Of a DNA stretch of 62,278 nt, positions 13,401-27,400 are shown piece after piece. This DNA comes from Nemertoderma westbladi (taxonomy: Eukaryota; Animalia; Xenacoelomorpha). The stretch is taken from assembly GCA_032718475.1 (NCBI GenBank), contig JAUCBJ010002729.1, positions 1 to 62,278 of the forward strand, given 5' to 3'. Below the pieces are notes generated by a model. The model was not told where the DNA came from, searched no databases, and was given only the letters and a program-made list of their open reading frames with translations. A program made the translations under genes and the position numbers. Position 1 is the first letter of the stretch; each line of letters begins with the position of its first letter.

Positions 13401-15067
13401 CCCGCACTAACTAACCTCCCTCGTGCTGCCAACACGTATGCATTGGGTTCATATAGGCAGTGTGCATCCCATTCAACCCGCACTAACTAACCTCCCTCGT
13501 GCTGCCAACACGTATGCATTGGGTTCATATAGGCGGTGTGCATCCCATTCAACCCGCACTAACTAACCTCCCTCGTGTTGCCAACACGTATGCATTGGGT
13601 TCATATAGGCGGTGTGCATCCCATTCAACCCGCACTAACTAACCTCCCTCGTGCTGCCAACACGTATGCATTGGGTTCATATAGGCAGTGTGCATCCCAT
13701 TCAACCCGCACTAACTAACCTCCCTCGTGCTGCCAACACGTATGCATTGGGTTCATATAGGCGGTGTGCATCCCATTCAACCCGCACTAACTAACCTCCC
13801 TCGTGCTGCCAACACGTATGCATTGGGTTCATATAGGCAGTGTGCATCCCATTCAACCCGCACTAACTAACCTCCCTCGTGCTGCCAACACGTATGCATT
13901 GGGTTCATATAGGCGGTGTGCATCCCATTCAACCCGCACTAACTAACCTCCCTCGTGTTGCCAACACGTATGCATTGGGTTCATATAGGCGGTGTGCATC
14001 CCATTCAACCCGCACTAACTAACCTCCCTCGTGTTGCCAACACGTATGCATTGGGTTCATATAGGCGGTGTGCATCCCATTCAACCCACACTAACTAACC
14101 TCCCTCGTGCTGCCAACACGTATGCATTGGGTTCATATAGGCGGTGTGCATCCCATTCAACCCGCACTAACTAACCTCCCTCGTGTTGCCAACACGTATG
14201 CATTGGGTTCATATAGGCGGTGTGCATCCCATCCGACCCGCACTAACTAACCTCCCTCGTGTTGCCAACACGTATGCATTGGGTTCATATAGGCGGTGTG
14301 CATCCCATTCAACCCGCACTAACTAACCTCCCTCGTGTTGCCAACACGTATGCATTGGGTTCATATAGGCGGTGTGCATCCCATTCAACCCGCACTAACT
14401 AACCTCCCTCGTGTTGCCAACACGTATGCATTGGGTTCATATAGGCGGTGTGCATCCCATTCAACCCGCACTAACTAACCTCCCTCGTGTTGCCAACACG
14501 TATGCATTGGGTTCATATAGGCGGTGTGCATCCCATCCGACCCGCACTAACTAACCTCCCTCGTGTTGCCAACACGTATGCATTGGGTTCATATAGGCGG
14601 TGTGCATCCCATTCAACCCGCACTAACTAACCTCCCTCGTGTTGCCAACACGTATGCATTGGGTTCATATAGGCGGTGTGCATCCCATTCAACCCGCACT
14701 AACTAACCTCCCTCGTGTTGCCAACACGTATGCATTGGGTTCATATAGGCGGTGTGCATCCCATTCAACCCGCACTAACTAACCTCCCTCGTGTTGCCAA
14801 CACGTATGCATTGGGTTCATATAGGCGGTGTGCATCCCATTCAACCCGCACTAACTAACCTCCCTCGTGTTGCCAACACGTATGCATTGGGTTCATATAG
14901 GCGGTGTGCATCCCATTCAACCCGCACTAACTAACCTCCCTCGTGTTGCCAACACGTATGCATTGGGTTCATATAGGCGGTGTGCATCCCATTCAACCCG
15001 CACTAACTAACCTCCCTCGTGTTGCCAACACGTATGCATTGGGTTCATATAGGCGGTGTGCATCCCA
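10425..15067. repeat. 76-bp minisatellite array, 61 copies, whose unit is the last 56 nt of TRPA1 exon 2 plus the first 20 nt of the intron
   Basis: cactaactaa recurs from 10441 to 15001 (exactly 60x76). Minus-strand unit ...ggatgcacaccgcctatatgaacccaatgcatacgtgttggcaacacgagggag|gttagttagtgcggg. Confidence 0.97.
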
Positions 15068-15399
15068 ATGTCTTCCAGACGACCCCCACACATAACCGCG
15101 AGATGCATTATATTCCGTTCCTGTTGGTCTCTCAGTCGGAAGTTGGCCCCTCTGTACAGTAGGACCCGGGCAGTAGACCAGCATCCCTTACTGACTGCCA
15201 GTAGCAACGGGGTCCTCGATTCGCAGTCCACACCGTCGATATCCGACCCCTGTTCCAAGAGAAACTCCACCAGATCTACGAAGTCGAACATCGCAGCTCG
15301 ATGAATCGGTAACATATCCTGAACGTCGCCGACACTCAACAAATCTTTCAGTTCCATTTCTTTCATTTTGAACATCAATTCCACTATTTCGAATGCGCC
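15012..15399 (-). CDS. TRPA1: TRPA1-like channel, second coding exon (ankyrin repeats)
   Basis: Acceptor ttttccag|GGC at 15400/15399 (phase 0) gives LACSQ|GAFEIVELMF. Contains PIHRAAMFD..DLVEFLLEQG and TPLLLAVSKGCW...RNIMHLAVMCGGRL, as in TRPA1. Donor GAG|gttagt at 15012/15011 is phase 1, compatible with the next exon. Confidence 0.88.
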
Positions 15400-15789
15400 C
15401 TGGAAAACAATATATTACATATAAATAATATTATAACATCATCTATGATATTATGTTAGTTTTAATTAATTAGTTCATAGTAACTCAGGGAATTATAAAT
15501 GGACATCGGAATATGAAAATAATGGGTTTAAAACAATGATTGATAATATATTATGTTATTATTGTGAATATTTTACATAATGTTTTTTGGATTTGCGTTG
15601 CGTATGTTTGGGATTTGTATATAATTATGGTTTGAATGTTGTATAATTTGAATGAGTGATAAATTTGATTGGTATGTTCGGTTGCAGGACTGAATATTTT
15701 CCTTGAAGACTTTTTCTATTCATAAGGGATGATTAATGGTGAGTAAAATGAAATTTGATGAATGTGAGGTGAAATGAAATTCAATTGGT

Positions 15790-17253
15790 TGAGTAGGAAT
15801 TCTGCTAAGCCCATTTGCACTTAAGACCCTAAACAACATCGAATCTATAAATTCCAGGGTTATGATCGCAACATTTGATGGGAATCCCAAGGCAACAGTT
15901 ATATGTTGCTACAGTCCAACCAATGCCTCAGAACCAGAACAAGCAGTCAAGTTTTATGAAGAACTGACTGGACTTATAAAGGACATTCCGAAACACAATG
16001 TTAAAGTCATTGCTGGTGACCTGAATGCCCAAATTGGCCCAGAAGACATCAAGGGTTACACCTATAACACCAGTTCTAAGTATTTCGACCAAGTAGATCA
16101 ACAATAGCTCAGATACTTGCACTACGGAGACTGATTGAAAGAATTAAGTCAAAGAATCTCCCCGCAGTCATGACTTTTGTGGACTTCAAGAAGGCATTCG
16201 ACTCCATCCATAGAGGTAAAATGCTTGAAATCCTAAGAGCTTATGGAATACCAGAAGTAATTGTTGCTGGCATTGGATTGTTATATTGTGACACAGAAGC
16301 GCAGGTACTCTCACCAGATGGTGAAACTGAGTTTTTCTCAATCCTGGCTAGCGTACTGCAAGGTGACACATTAGCACCATTACTATTTGTAATTGTGCTG
16401 GATTACGCAATGAGGACGGCCACAAAGGGTGAAGATCTCGGATTCACACTTCAAGAACGCAGAAGTAGTAGATATCCGGCAACTACAGTCACAGACACCG
16501 ACTTTGCGGATGACATCGCCCTGCTCTTTAATACGCTAGCAGATGCACAGCTTCTACTAAATAAAGTGGCGAGGGCTGCTAAGGAGGTTGGATTGCATAT
16601 AAATGCTACAAAGACCGAATTCATGACCTGTAATGTTGATGGAAATTTGACAACCATTGATAATAATCAACTAAGGAAGGTCGATGACTTCCAGTACCTT
16701 GGATCATGGATATAGAGTAGCAAAAAGGACATAGAAGTTAGGAAAGCAAAGGCTTGGGTAGCTCTATCAAAAATGGATACCATCTGGAAATCAGATCTCT
16801 CCAGGCACCTGAAGACTAAGTTCTTTCAAGCCACAGTGGAAAGTGTATTTTTATACGGGGGTGAGACCTGGACACTGACTAAATCACTTGAACAACGAAT
16901 TGATGGTTGCTACACAAGACTACTAAGGGCAGCCCGAAACATCAGCTGGAGACAACACATGACAAACGCCGAGCTTTATGGTACAATACCACCTGTATCA
17001 ACCACCCTCCGTGAACGCAGATTAAGATTCAGTTGGCACTGCTGGCGAAGTAAAGACGAGGTCATACCAGATCTACTTCTCTGGCAACCAACTCATAGAA
17101 AGCGTAGTCATGGACGACCCGCCATAACATATAGATCAACTTGAAAGGGATACTGAACTTGGGAGAAACGAAATTGCGACAACTATGGAGAATCGGGAAG
17201 CCTGGAAGGATCTCATTTCCACTGTCCGAGTTCGCTCAACCTAGTAGTAATAG
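15790..17253 (+). mobile_element. Internally deleted RTE-like LINE (family B) with endonuclease and RT remnants
   Basis: APE motifs CYSPTN and IAGDLNAQIG; RT motifs FVDFKKAFDS, QGDTLAPLLF and FADD; in-frame stops; TAG-repeat tail. Candidate TSD aaatgaaatt (two possible left copies near 15745 and 15773; right copy at 17256-17265). Confidence 0.9.
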
Positions 17254-17288
17254 TAAAATGAAATTAATAACATAAAAGTTATTCCCAT

Positions 17289-17400
17289 TAATTGTAATGG
17301 TTGCTGTTAATAATCCTAGAACTAAATAATTGTTTGAATTTAATTGTAATGGTTGCTGTTAATAATCCCAGAACTAAATAATTGTTTGAATTTAATTGTA
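17289..17400. repeat. 52-bp tandem duplication (2 copies plus partial)
   Basis: taattgtaatggttgctgttaataatcc(t/c)agaactaaataattgtttgaatt at 17289 and 17341. Confidence 0.9.
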
Positions 17401-18067
17401 AAGCTATCAAGCCAGTTAACATTGCAGTGTACATAAGATGTTTGATAAATATCGATGCATCACATGCCTATAATGCGCCATATGTTATCTCTTATTATCT
17501 AAGATGGCTCATCAATAATATAATTAATGTTCTACAAGGGATGCATTATAGAATATTCAGTTAAGCAGTCAAGCATTATAGAAGTTGATATAATGGCAAT
17601 AATGGCAATATAATGACTCTAAACTGTTCTTGGTTGCAATTTGAACTTTTATATATCGATTTTTGGTTAGCATATGAGAGCCATGGTTTCGGGTTGGAAA
17701 CCTTTTTCCCTACTCCTTCGATTTATTATTGACCTACACATTATACAATACATGGCGCTCTTTCAATTTAAATTGTTGATCATATTGGTCATTTATCATG
17801 TCAGGCAGACCTATTATAATACGTTATTGACCATAATGTCTGTAATATTATATATGGACCATGTCCTTTGTCCTGGAACATTAAGTCGTAATTAATGGCA
17901 CAAGTAGCTGCTGCAAATCCTGACGAAGTGGACTGGACAATTATGCAAATTTTAAATTAATACGCGTAAAATTACATAAAATATTTCGATTCTTGAGAAA
18001 TAGTGTTCGGAACACGCTTGGTAACCGTGATGAATTATTAAGGAAAGGATAAGATAACATTGACAGG

Positions 18068-18205
18068 TACAAAAAAGTAAAGTTTTCGTCTGAAATTTGG
18101 TGAGGGGTTAGGGGTTACACACAAAGTGAGATGACTTATTTCCAGTGTGGTCCCCCAGGACATCAGGTATTAATTTAGCTATCATTAAAGGATGCAAGGC
18201 GAGCC
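18068..18205 (-). mobile_element. Decayed headless remnant of the 6481-6756 SINE family, abutting the 21-bp array
   Basis: Shares acaaagt...gacttatttccag...ggtccc and atttagcta..a.t.aaggatgcaaggc with 6535-6633. Confidence 0.6.
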
Positions 18206-18211
18206 GATTCC

Positions 18212-21200
18212 ATGTCAAAGCTTCCACAACATGGGTCAAAGCTTCCACAACATGGGTCAAAGCTTCCACAACATGGGTCAAAGCTTCCACAACATGGGTC
18301 AAAGCTTCCACAACATGGGTCAAGCTTCCACAACATGGGTCAAGCTTCCACAACATGGGCCAAAGCTTCCACAACATGGGTCAAAGCTTCCATAAAGTGG
18401 GTCAAATCTTCCACAAAGTGGGTCAAAGCTTCCACAACATGAGTCAAAGCTTCCATAATGTGGGTCAAAGCTTCCACAACATGAGTCAAAGCTTCCACAA
18501 CATGAGTCAAAGCTTCCACAACATGAGTCAAAGCTTCAATAAAGTGGGTCAAACCTTCAATAAAGTGGGTCAAAGCTTCCACAACATGGGTCAAAGCTTC
18601 CATAAACTGGGTCAAAGCTTCCACAACATGAGTCAAAGCTTCCACAACATGAGTCAAAGCTTCAATAAAGTGGGTCAAACCTTCAATAAAGTGGGTCAAA
18701 GCTTCCACAACATGGGTCAAAGCTTCCATAAACTGGGTCAAAGCTTCCACAAGATGGGTCAAAGCTTCCACAACATGGGTCAAAGGTTCCACAACATGGG
18801 TCAAAGCTTCCATAAAGTGGGTCAAAGCTTCCACAACATGGGTCAAAGCTTCCATAAACTGGGTCAAAGCTTCCACAAGATGGGTCAAAGCTTCCACAAC
18901 ATGGGTCAAAGGTTCCACAACATGGGTCAAAGCTTCCATAAAGTGGGTCAAGGCTTCCACAACATGAGTCAAAGCTTCCATAATGTGGGTCAAAGCTTCC
19001 ACAACATGAGTCAAAGCTTCCACAACATGGGTCAAAGGTTCCACAACATGGGTCAAAGCTTCCATAAAGTGGGTCAAAGCTTCCACAACATGGGTCAAAG
19101 CTTCCATAAACTGGGTCAAAGCTTCCACAAGATGGGTCAAAGCTTCCACAACATGGGTCAAAGGTTCCACAACATGGGTCAAAGCTTCCATAAAGTGGGT
19201 CAAAGCTTCCACAACATGAGTCAAAGCTTCCATAATGTGGGTCAAAGCTTCCACAACATGAGTCAAAGCTTCCACAACATGAGTCAAAGCTTCAATAAAG
19301 TGGGTCAAACCTTCAATAAAGTGGGTCAAAGCTTTCACAACATGGGTCAAAGCTTCCATAAACTGGGTCAAAGCTTCCACAAGATGGGTCAAAGCTTCCA
19401 CAACATGGGTCAAAGCTTCCACAACATGGGTCAAAGCTTCCATAAACTGGGTCAAAGCTTCCACAAGATGGGTCAAAGCTTCCACAACATGGGTCAAAGC
19501 TTCCATAAACTGGGTCAAAGCTTCCACAAGATGGGTCAAAGCTTCCACAACATGGGTCAAAGCTTCCATAAAGTCGGTCAAAGCTTCCACAAGATGGGTC
19601 AAAGCTTCCACAACATGAGTCAAAGCTTCAATAAAGTGGGTCAAACCTTCAATAAAGTGGGTCAAAGCTTCCACAACATGGGTCAAAGCTTCCATAAACT
19701 GGGTCAAAGCTTCCACAAGATGGGTCAAAGCTTCCACAACATGGGTCAAAGGTTCCACAACATGGGTCAAAGCTTCCATAAAGTGGGTCAAAGCTTCCAC
19801 AACATGGGTCAAAGCTTCCATAAACTGGGTCAAAGCTTCCACAAGATGGGTCAAAGCTTCCACAACATGGGTCAAAGGTTCCACAACATGAGTCAAAGCT
19901 TCAATAAAGTGGGTCAAACCTTCAATAAAGTGGGTCAAAGCTTCCACAACATGGGTCAAAGCTTCCATAAACTGGGTCAAAGCTTCCACAACATGAGTCA
20001 AAGCTTCCACAACATGAGTCAAAGCTTCAATAAAGTGGGTCAAACCTTCAATAAAGTGGGTCAAAGCTTCCACAACATGGGTCAAAGCTTCCATAAACTG
20101 GGTCAAAGCTTCCACAAGATGGGTCAAAGCTTCCACAACATGGGTCAAAGGTTCCACAACATGGGTCAAAGCTTCCATAAAGTGGGTCAAAGCTTCCACA
20201 ACATGGGTCAAAGCTTCCATAAACTGGGTCAAAGCTTCCACAAGATGGGTCAAAGCTTCCACAACATGGGTCAAAGGTTCCACAACATGGGTCAAAGCTT
20301 CCATAAAGTGGGTCAAGGCTTCCACAACATGAGTCAAAGCTTCCATAATGTGGGTCAAAGCTTCCACAACATGAGTCAAAGCTTCCACAACATGGGTCAA
20401 AGGTTCCACAACATGGGTCAAAGCTTCCATAAAGTGGGTCAAAGCTTCCACAACATGGGTCAAAGCTTCCATAAACTGGGTCAAAGCTTCCACAAGATGG
20501 GTCAAAGCTTCCACAACATGGGTCAAAGGTTCCACAACATGGGTCAAAGCTTCCATAAAGTGGGTCAAAGCTTCCACAACATGAGTCAAAGCTTCCATAA
20601 TGTGGGTCAAAGCTTCCACAACATGAGTCAAAGCTTCCACAACATGAGTCAAAGCTTCAATAAAGTGGGTCAAACCTTCAATAAAGTGGGTCAAAGCTTC
20701 CACAACATGGGTCAAAGCTTCCATAAACTGGGTCAAAGCTTCCACAAGATGGGTCAAAGCTTCCACAACATGGGTCAAAGCTTCCACAACATGGGTCAAA
20801 GCTTCCATAAACTGGGTCAAAGCTTCCACAAGATGGGTCAAAGCTTCCACAACATGGGTCAAAGCTTCCATAAACTGGGTCAAAGCTTCCACAAGATGGG
20901 TCAAAGCTTCCACAACATGGGTCAAAGCTTCCATAAAGTCGGTCAAAGCTTCCACAAGATGGGTCAAAGCTTCCACAACATGGGTCAAAGGTTCCACAAC
21001 ATGGGTCAAAGCTTCCATAAAGTGGGTCAAAGCTTCCACAACATGGGTCAAAGCTTCCATAAACTGGGTCAAAGCTTCCACAACATGGGTCAAAGATTCC
21101 ATAAACTGGGTCAAAGCTTCCACAACATGGGTCAAAGCTTCCATAAACTGGGTCAAAGCTTCCACAAGATGGGTCAAAGCTTCCACAACATGGGTCAAAG

Positions 21201-23838
21201 CTTCCATAAAGTCGGTCAAAGCTTCCACAAGATGGGTCAAAGCTTCCACAACATGAGTCAAAGCTTCCATAAAGTGGGTCAAAGCTTCTACAACATGGGT
21301 CAAAGCTTCCACAACATGGGTCAAAGCTTCCACAACATGGGTCAAAGCTTCCACAACATGGGTCAAAGCGTCCATAAACTGGGTCAAAGCTTCCACAACA
21401 TGGGTCAAAGCTTCCATAAAGTGGGTCAAACCTTCCACAAGATGGGTCAAAGCTTCCACAACATGGGTCAAAGCTTCCATAAAGTAGGTCAAAGATCCAC
21501 AACATGAGTCAAAGCTTCCATAAAGTGGGTCAAAGCTTCCACAACATGGGTCAAAGCTTCCATAAAGTGGGTCAAAGCTTCCACAACATTGGTCAAAGAT
21601 TCCATAAACTGGGTCAAAGCTTCCACAACATGGGTCAAAGCTTCCATAAAGTCGGTCAAAGCTTCCACAAGATGGGTCAAAGCTTCCACAACATGGGTCA
21701 AAGCTTCCATAAAGTGGGTCAAAGCTTCCACAACATGGGTCAAAGCTTCCATAAAGTGGATCAAAGCTTCCACAACATGGGTCAAAGCTTCCACAACATG
21801 GGTCAAAGCTTCCATAAAGTGGGTCAAATCGTCCACAAAGTGGGTCAAAGCTTCCATAAAGTCGGTCAAAGCTTCCACAAGATGGGTCAAAGCTTCCACA
21901 ACATGGGTCAAAGCTTCCATAAAGTGGGTCAAAGCTTCCACAACATGGGTCAAAGCTTCCATAAAGTGGATCAAAGCTTCCACAACATGGGTCAAAGCTT
22001 CCATAAAGTGGGTCAAATCTTCCACAAAGTGGGTCAAAGCTTCCGCAACATGGGTCAAAGCTTCCATAAAGTGGGTCAAAGCTTCCACAACATGGGTCAA
22101 AGCTTCCATAAAGTGGGTCAAAGCTTCCACAACATGGGTCAAAGCTTCCACAACATGGGTCAAAGCTTCCATAAAGTGGATCAAAGCTTCCACAACATGG
22201 GTCAAAGCTTCCATAAAGTGGGTCAAAGCTTCCACAACATGGGTCAAAGCTTCCATAAAGTGGGTCAAAGCTTCCACAACATGGGTCAAAGCTTCCATAA
22301 AGTGGATCAAAGCTTCCACAACATGGGTCAAAGCTTCCACAACATGGGTCAAAGCTTCCATAAAGTGGGTCAAATCTTCCACAAAGTGGGTCAAAGCTTC
22401 CGCAACATGGGTCAAAGCTTCCATAAAGTGGGTCAAAGCTTCCACAACATGGGTCAAAGCTTCCATAAAGTGGGTCAAAGCTTCCACAACATGGGTCAAA
22501 GCTTCCACAACATGGGTCAAAGCTTCCATAAAGTGGGTCAAAGCCCCCGCAACATGGGTCAAAGCTTCCACAACATGGGTCAAAGCTTCCATAAAGTGGA
22601 TCAAAGCTTCCACAACATGGGTCAAAGCTTCCATAAAGTGGGTCAAAGCTTCCACAACATGGGTCAAAGCTTCCATAAAGTGGGTCAAAGCTTCCACAAC
22701 ATGGGTCAAAGCTTCCATAAAGTGGATCAAAGCTTCCACAACATGGGTCAAAGCTTCCACAACATGGGTCAAAGCTTCCATAAAGTGGGTCAAATCTTCC
22801 ACAAAGTGGGTCAAAGCTTCCGCAACATGGGTCAAAGCTTCCATAAAGTGGGTCAAAGCTTCCACAACATGGGTCAAAGCTTCCATAAAGTGGGTCAAAG
22901 CTTCCACAACATGGGTCAAAGCTTCCACAACATGGGTCAAAGCTTCCACAAAGTGGGTCAAAGCCCCCACAACATGGGACAAAGCTTGCACATATAGTTC
23001 AAAGCTTCCACAACATGTGTCAAAGCTTCAATAAAGTGGGTCAAAGCTTCCACAACATGGGTCAAAGCTTCAATAAAGTGGGTCAAAGCTTCCACAACAT
23101 GGGTCAAAGCTTGCACATATAGTTCAAAGCTTCCACAACATGAGTCAAAGCTTCAATAAAGTGGGTCAAAGCTTCTTAAAGTGGGTCAAAGCTTCCACAA
23201 CATGGGTCAAAGCTTCAATAAAGTGGGTCAAAGCTTCCACAACATGGGTCAAAGCTTCCATAAAGTGGGTCAAATCTTCCACAAAGTGGGTCAAAGCTTC
23301 CGCAACATGGGTCAAAGCTTCCATAAAGTGGGTCAAAGCTTCCACAACATGGGTCAAAGCTTCCATAAAGTGGGTCAAAGCTTCCACAACATGGGTCAAA
23401 GCTTCCACAACATGGGTCAAAGCTTCCATAAAGTGGGTCAAAGCTTCCACAACATGAGTCAAAGCTTCAATAAAGTGGGTCAAAGCTTCTTAAAGTGGGT
23501 CAAAGCTTCCACAACATGGGTCAAAGCTTCAATAAAGTGGGTCAAAGCTTCCACAACATGGGTCAAAGCTTGCACATATAGTTCAAAGCTTCCACAACAT
23601 GGGTCAAAGCTTCAATAAAGTTGGTCAAAGCTTCCATAAAGTGGGTCAAAGCTTCCACAACATGAGTCAAAGCTTCAATAAAGTGGGTCAAAGCTTCTTA
23701 AAGTGGGTCAAAGCTTCCACAACATGGGTCAAAGCTTCCCTAAAGTGGGTCGAAGCTTCCACAACATGGGTCAAAACTTCCATAAAGTGGGTCTTTATGG
23801 AAATAAAGTTGGTCAAAGCTTCCATAAACTGGGTCAAA
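18212..23838. repeat. 21-bp minisatellite array, ~268 units, with higher-order structure
   Basis: Unit atgggtcaaagcttccacaac with variants (cataaagt, cataaact, caataaagt). A rare variant recurs at 18951 and 20316 (1365 bp = 65 units). Confidence 0.97.
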
Positions 23839-24494
23839 GTTCTACAGTATCTATTTGCTTCAGTTTGCTACGGGCAGGCCGAGATTTCATGATGCATGTA
23901 TTAGGACTATATTGAACTATACGTATTAATATTAAGGGATATATGTGGCCATCTCTCGATTTGATTTGCCGATTTCGATAATTTTACTGAACTTATTCAA
24001 GGCATAAAACACTAAGCAGGTCAAATAAAATTTATCTAACTAACTAAAATGGGGACGTTTACTTTCACAGTTGTATGGCTGGCTATTCCATGGCATTCCA
24101 ATATCAACACACCTATCACATTTCACACATAGATTATAACTATAACCCATATGGATTCCATATATCCACTACAATAAAAATTACACATGGGTGTGATAAA
24201 AATCTACACAATTACGAAATTAGACCCAGTGGAAACTTTCACCATAAGCGAGAAGAGCCTAGGCTAGTTCATTAATGCATTCTTGTCGAAATGAAACTTC
24301 TCCGACCCTGGGCTTGCACCCACGTACACGACCTCCGAAAATATGAGGATTCAATGAAACGAATTTAACCACTGCGATAAGAGATTAAATTTTCTAAATT
24401 TTCTAGATTTTCTAGATTTTCTAACCAAAATAATAAAGTATTACTCAATAATGAAAAACAGGTTAAAACGCATTGACCAAATATTTCAAGATAC

Positions 24495-27400
24495 TAGATT
24501 ACGGGACACGTTTTGGTCTGACACCAGGGATCTGTATCTCATATCAAATAAAATAATAAAATAATAAATAATAAATAAAAAAAAATAATAAAAAAAAAAA
24601 AATTTGACAGTTAACTTTGAAAGTCCTCAGCAAGTCTCTGATCGGATGAGCATAAGCTCAAAAGATGGTATGCTTGAGCATGTGGATGGCTTCTGTTACC
24701 TGGGATCATGGATCCGGAAGTCAGGTGAGGACCTTCGAATATGTAAGGGAAAGGCATGGGCAGCCTTGAATAGGCTTTCCAGGATTTGGAAGTCACCGAG
24801 AATTAATCGGACACTTAAGGTCCGATTATTCAGAGCAGCAGTAGTTACAGTACTCCTCTATGGGAGTCCATGCTGGGCTCTAACTGCTGAGGACACCAAA
24901 TCTCTGGATGGCACATTCACAAGAATGCTACGCCGGGTTCATTGTGTCAAGTACAATGCACACATCTCCAACCAGACACTATATAACATTGGAGGTGTCT
25001 CATTGGATCCCCCAAGCTTGACACTAGAACAAAATCGCCTCCGCTTTGCAGGACATTGCTTTCGCCGTGGGGACCAGCCAGTGCATAATCTTGTACATTG
25101 GCAGCCTCATAGAGTGAATAAGCATGGTGGACAGCCCATGACTTTCTTGAGACGCATCTTAAAGGACACTGGCCTTGAAGATGCGGATGATCTAGCAAAT
25201 TTCATGGGTGATAGGGAGTTGTGGCGGTGCAATTTTGTCGATAAGCCGGCACAGCATTCTTAAAAATGCAGCTGCAATGCAGCATGCCGATCCTAGTAGT
25301 AGTATCTCATATAGATTACGGGACACGTTTTGGTCTGACACCAGGGATCTGTATCTCATATAGATTATGGGACACGTTTTGGTCTGACACCAGTTATCTG
25401 TATCTCATATAGATTACGGGACACGTTTTGGTCTGACACCAGTTATCTGTATCTCATATAGATTACGGGACACGTTTTGGTCTGACACCAGGGATCTGTA
25501 TCTCATATAGATTACGGGACACGTTTTGGTCTGACACCAGGGATCTGTATCTCATATAGATTACGGGACACGTTTTGGTCTGACACCAGGGATCTGTATC
25601 TCATATAGATTACGGGACACGTTTTGGTCTGACACCAGTTATCTGTATCTCATATAGATTAAGGGACACGTTTTGGTCTGACACCAGGGATCTGTATCTC
25701 ATATAGATTACGGGACTCGTTTTGGTCTGACACCAGTTATCTGTATCTCATATAGATTACGGGACACGTTTTGGTCTGACACCAGGGATCTGTATCTCAT
25801 ATAGATTACGGGACACGTTTTGGTCTGACACTAGGGATCTGTAACTCATATAGATTACGGGACACGTTTTGGTCTGACACCAGGGATCTGTATCTCATAT
25901 AGATTACGGGACACGTTTTGGTCTGACACCAGTTATCTGTATCTCATATAGATTACGGGACACGTTTTGGTCTGACACCAGGGATCTGTATCTCATATAG
26001 ATTACGGGACACGTTTTGGTCTGACACCAGGGATCTGTATCTCATATAGATTACGGGACACGTTTTGGTCTGACACCAGGGATCTGTATCTCATATAGAT
26101 TACGGGACACGTTTTGGTCTGACACCAGGGATCTGTATCTCATATAGATTACGGGACATGTTTTGGTCTGACACCAGGGATCTGTATCTCATATAGATTA
26201 CGGGACACGTTTTGGTCTGACACCAGGGATCTGTATCTCATATAGATTACGGGACACGTTTTGGTCTGACACCAGGGATCTGTATCTCATATAGATTACG
26301 GGACATGTTTTGGTCTGACACCAGGGATCTGTATCTCATATAGATTACGGGACACGTTTTGGTCTGACACCAGGGATCTGTATCTCATATAGATTACGGG
26401 ACATGTTTTGGTCTGACACCAGGGATCTGTATCTCATATAGATTACGGGACACGTTTTGGTCTGACACCAGGGATCTGTATCTCATATAGATTACGGGAC
26501 ATGTTTTGGTCTGACACCAGGGATCTGTATCTCATATAGATTACGGGACACGTTTTGGTCTGACACCAGGGATCTGTATCTCATATAGATTACGGGACAC
26601 GTTTTGGTCTGACACCAGGGATCTGTATCTCATATAGATTACGGGACATGTTTTGGTCCGACACCAGGGATCTGTATCTCATATAGATTACGGGACACGT
26701 TTTGGTCTGACACCAGGGATCTGTATCTTATATAGATTACGGGACATGTTTTGGTCTGACACCAGGGATCTGTATCTCATATAGATTACGGGACCCGTTT
26801 TGGTCTGACACCAGGGATCTGTATCTCATATAGATTACGGGACACGTTTTGGTCTGACACCAGGGATCTGTATCTCATATAGATTACGGGACACGTTTTG
26901 GTCTGACACCAGGGATCTGTAACTCATATAGATTACGGGACACGTTTTGGTCTGACACCAGTTATCTGTATCTCGTATAGATTACGGGACATGTTTTGGT
27001 CTGACACCAGGGATCTGTATCTCATATAGATTACGGGACACGTTTTGGTCTGACACCAGGGATCTGTATCTCATATAGATTATGGGACACGTTTTGGTCT
27101 GACACCAGTTATCTGTATCTCATATAGATTACGGGACACGTTTTGGTCTGACACCAGGGATCTGTATCTCATATAGATTACAGGACATGTTTTGGTCTGA
27201 CACCAGGGATCTGTATCTCATATAGATTATGGGACACGTTTTGGTCTGACACCAGTTATCTGTATCTCATATAGATTACGGGACACGTTTTGGTCTGACA
27301 CCAGGGATCTGTAACTCATATAGATTACGGGACACGTTTTGGTCTGACACCAGGGATCTGTATCTCATATAGATTATGGGACATGTTTTGGTCTGACATA

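Noticed and set aside
10425-15067. CRISPR array interpretation of this or any other array
   Set aside because: Units are head-to-tail with no unique spacers, there are no cas genes, and the context is eukaryotic.
18145-23915. 1120-aa, 1050-aa and other long ORFs as protein genes
   Set aside because: They result from a stop-free 21-bp unit, are open on both strands, are broken by frameshifts and lie inside a TRPA1 intron.
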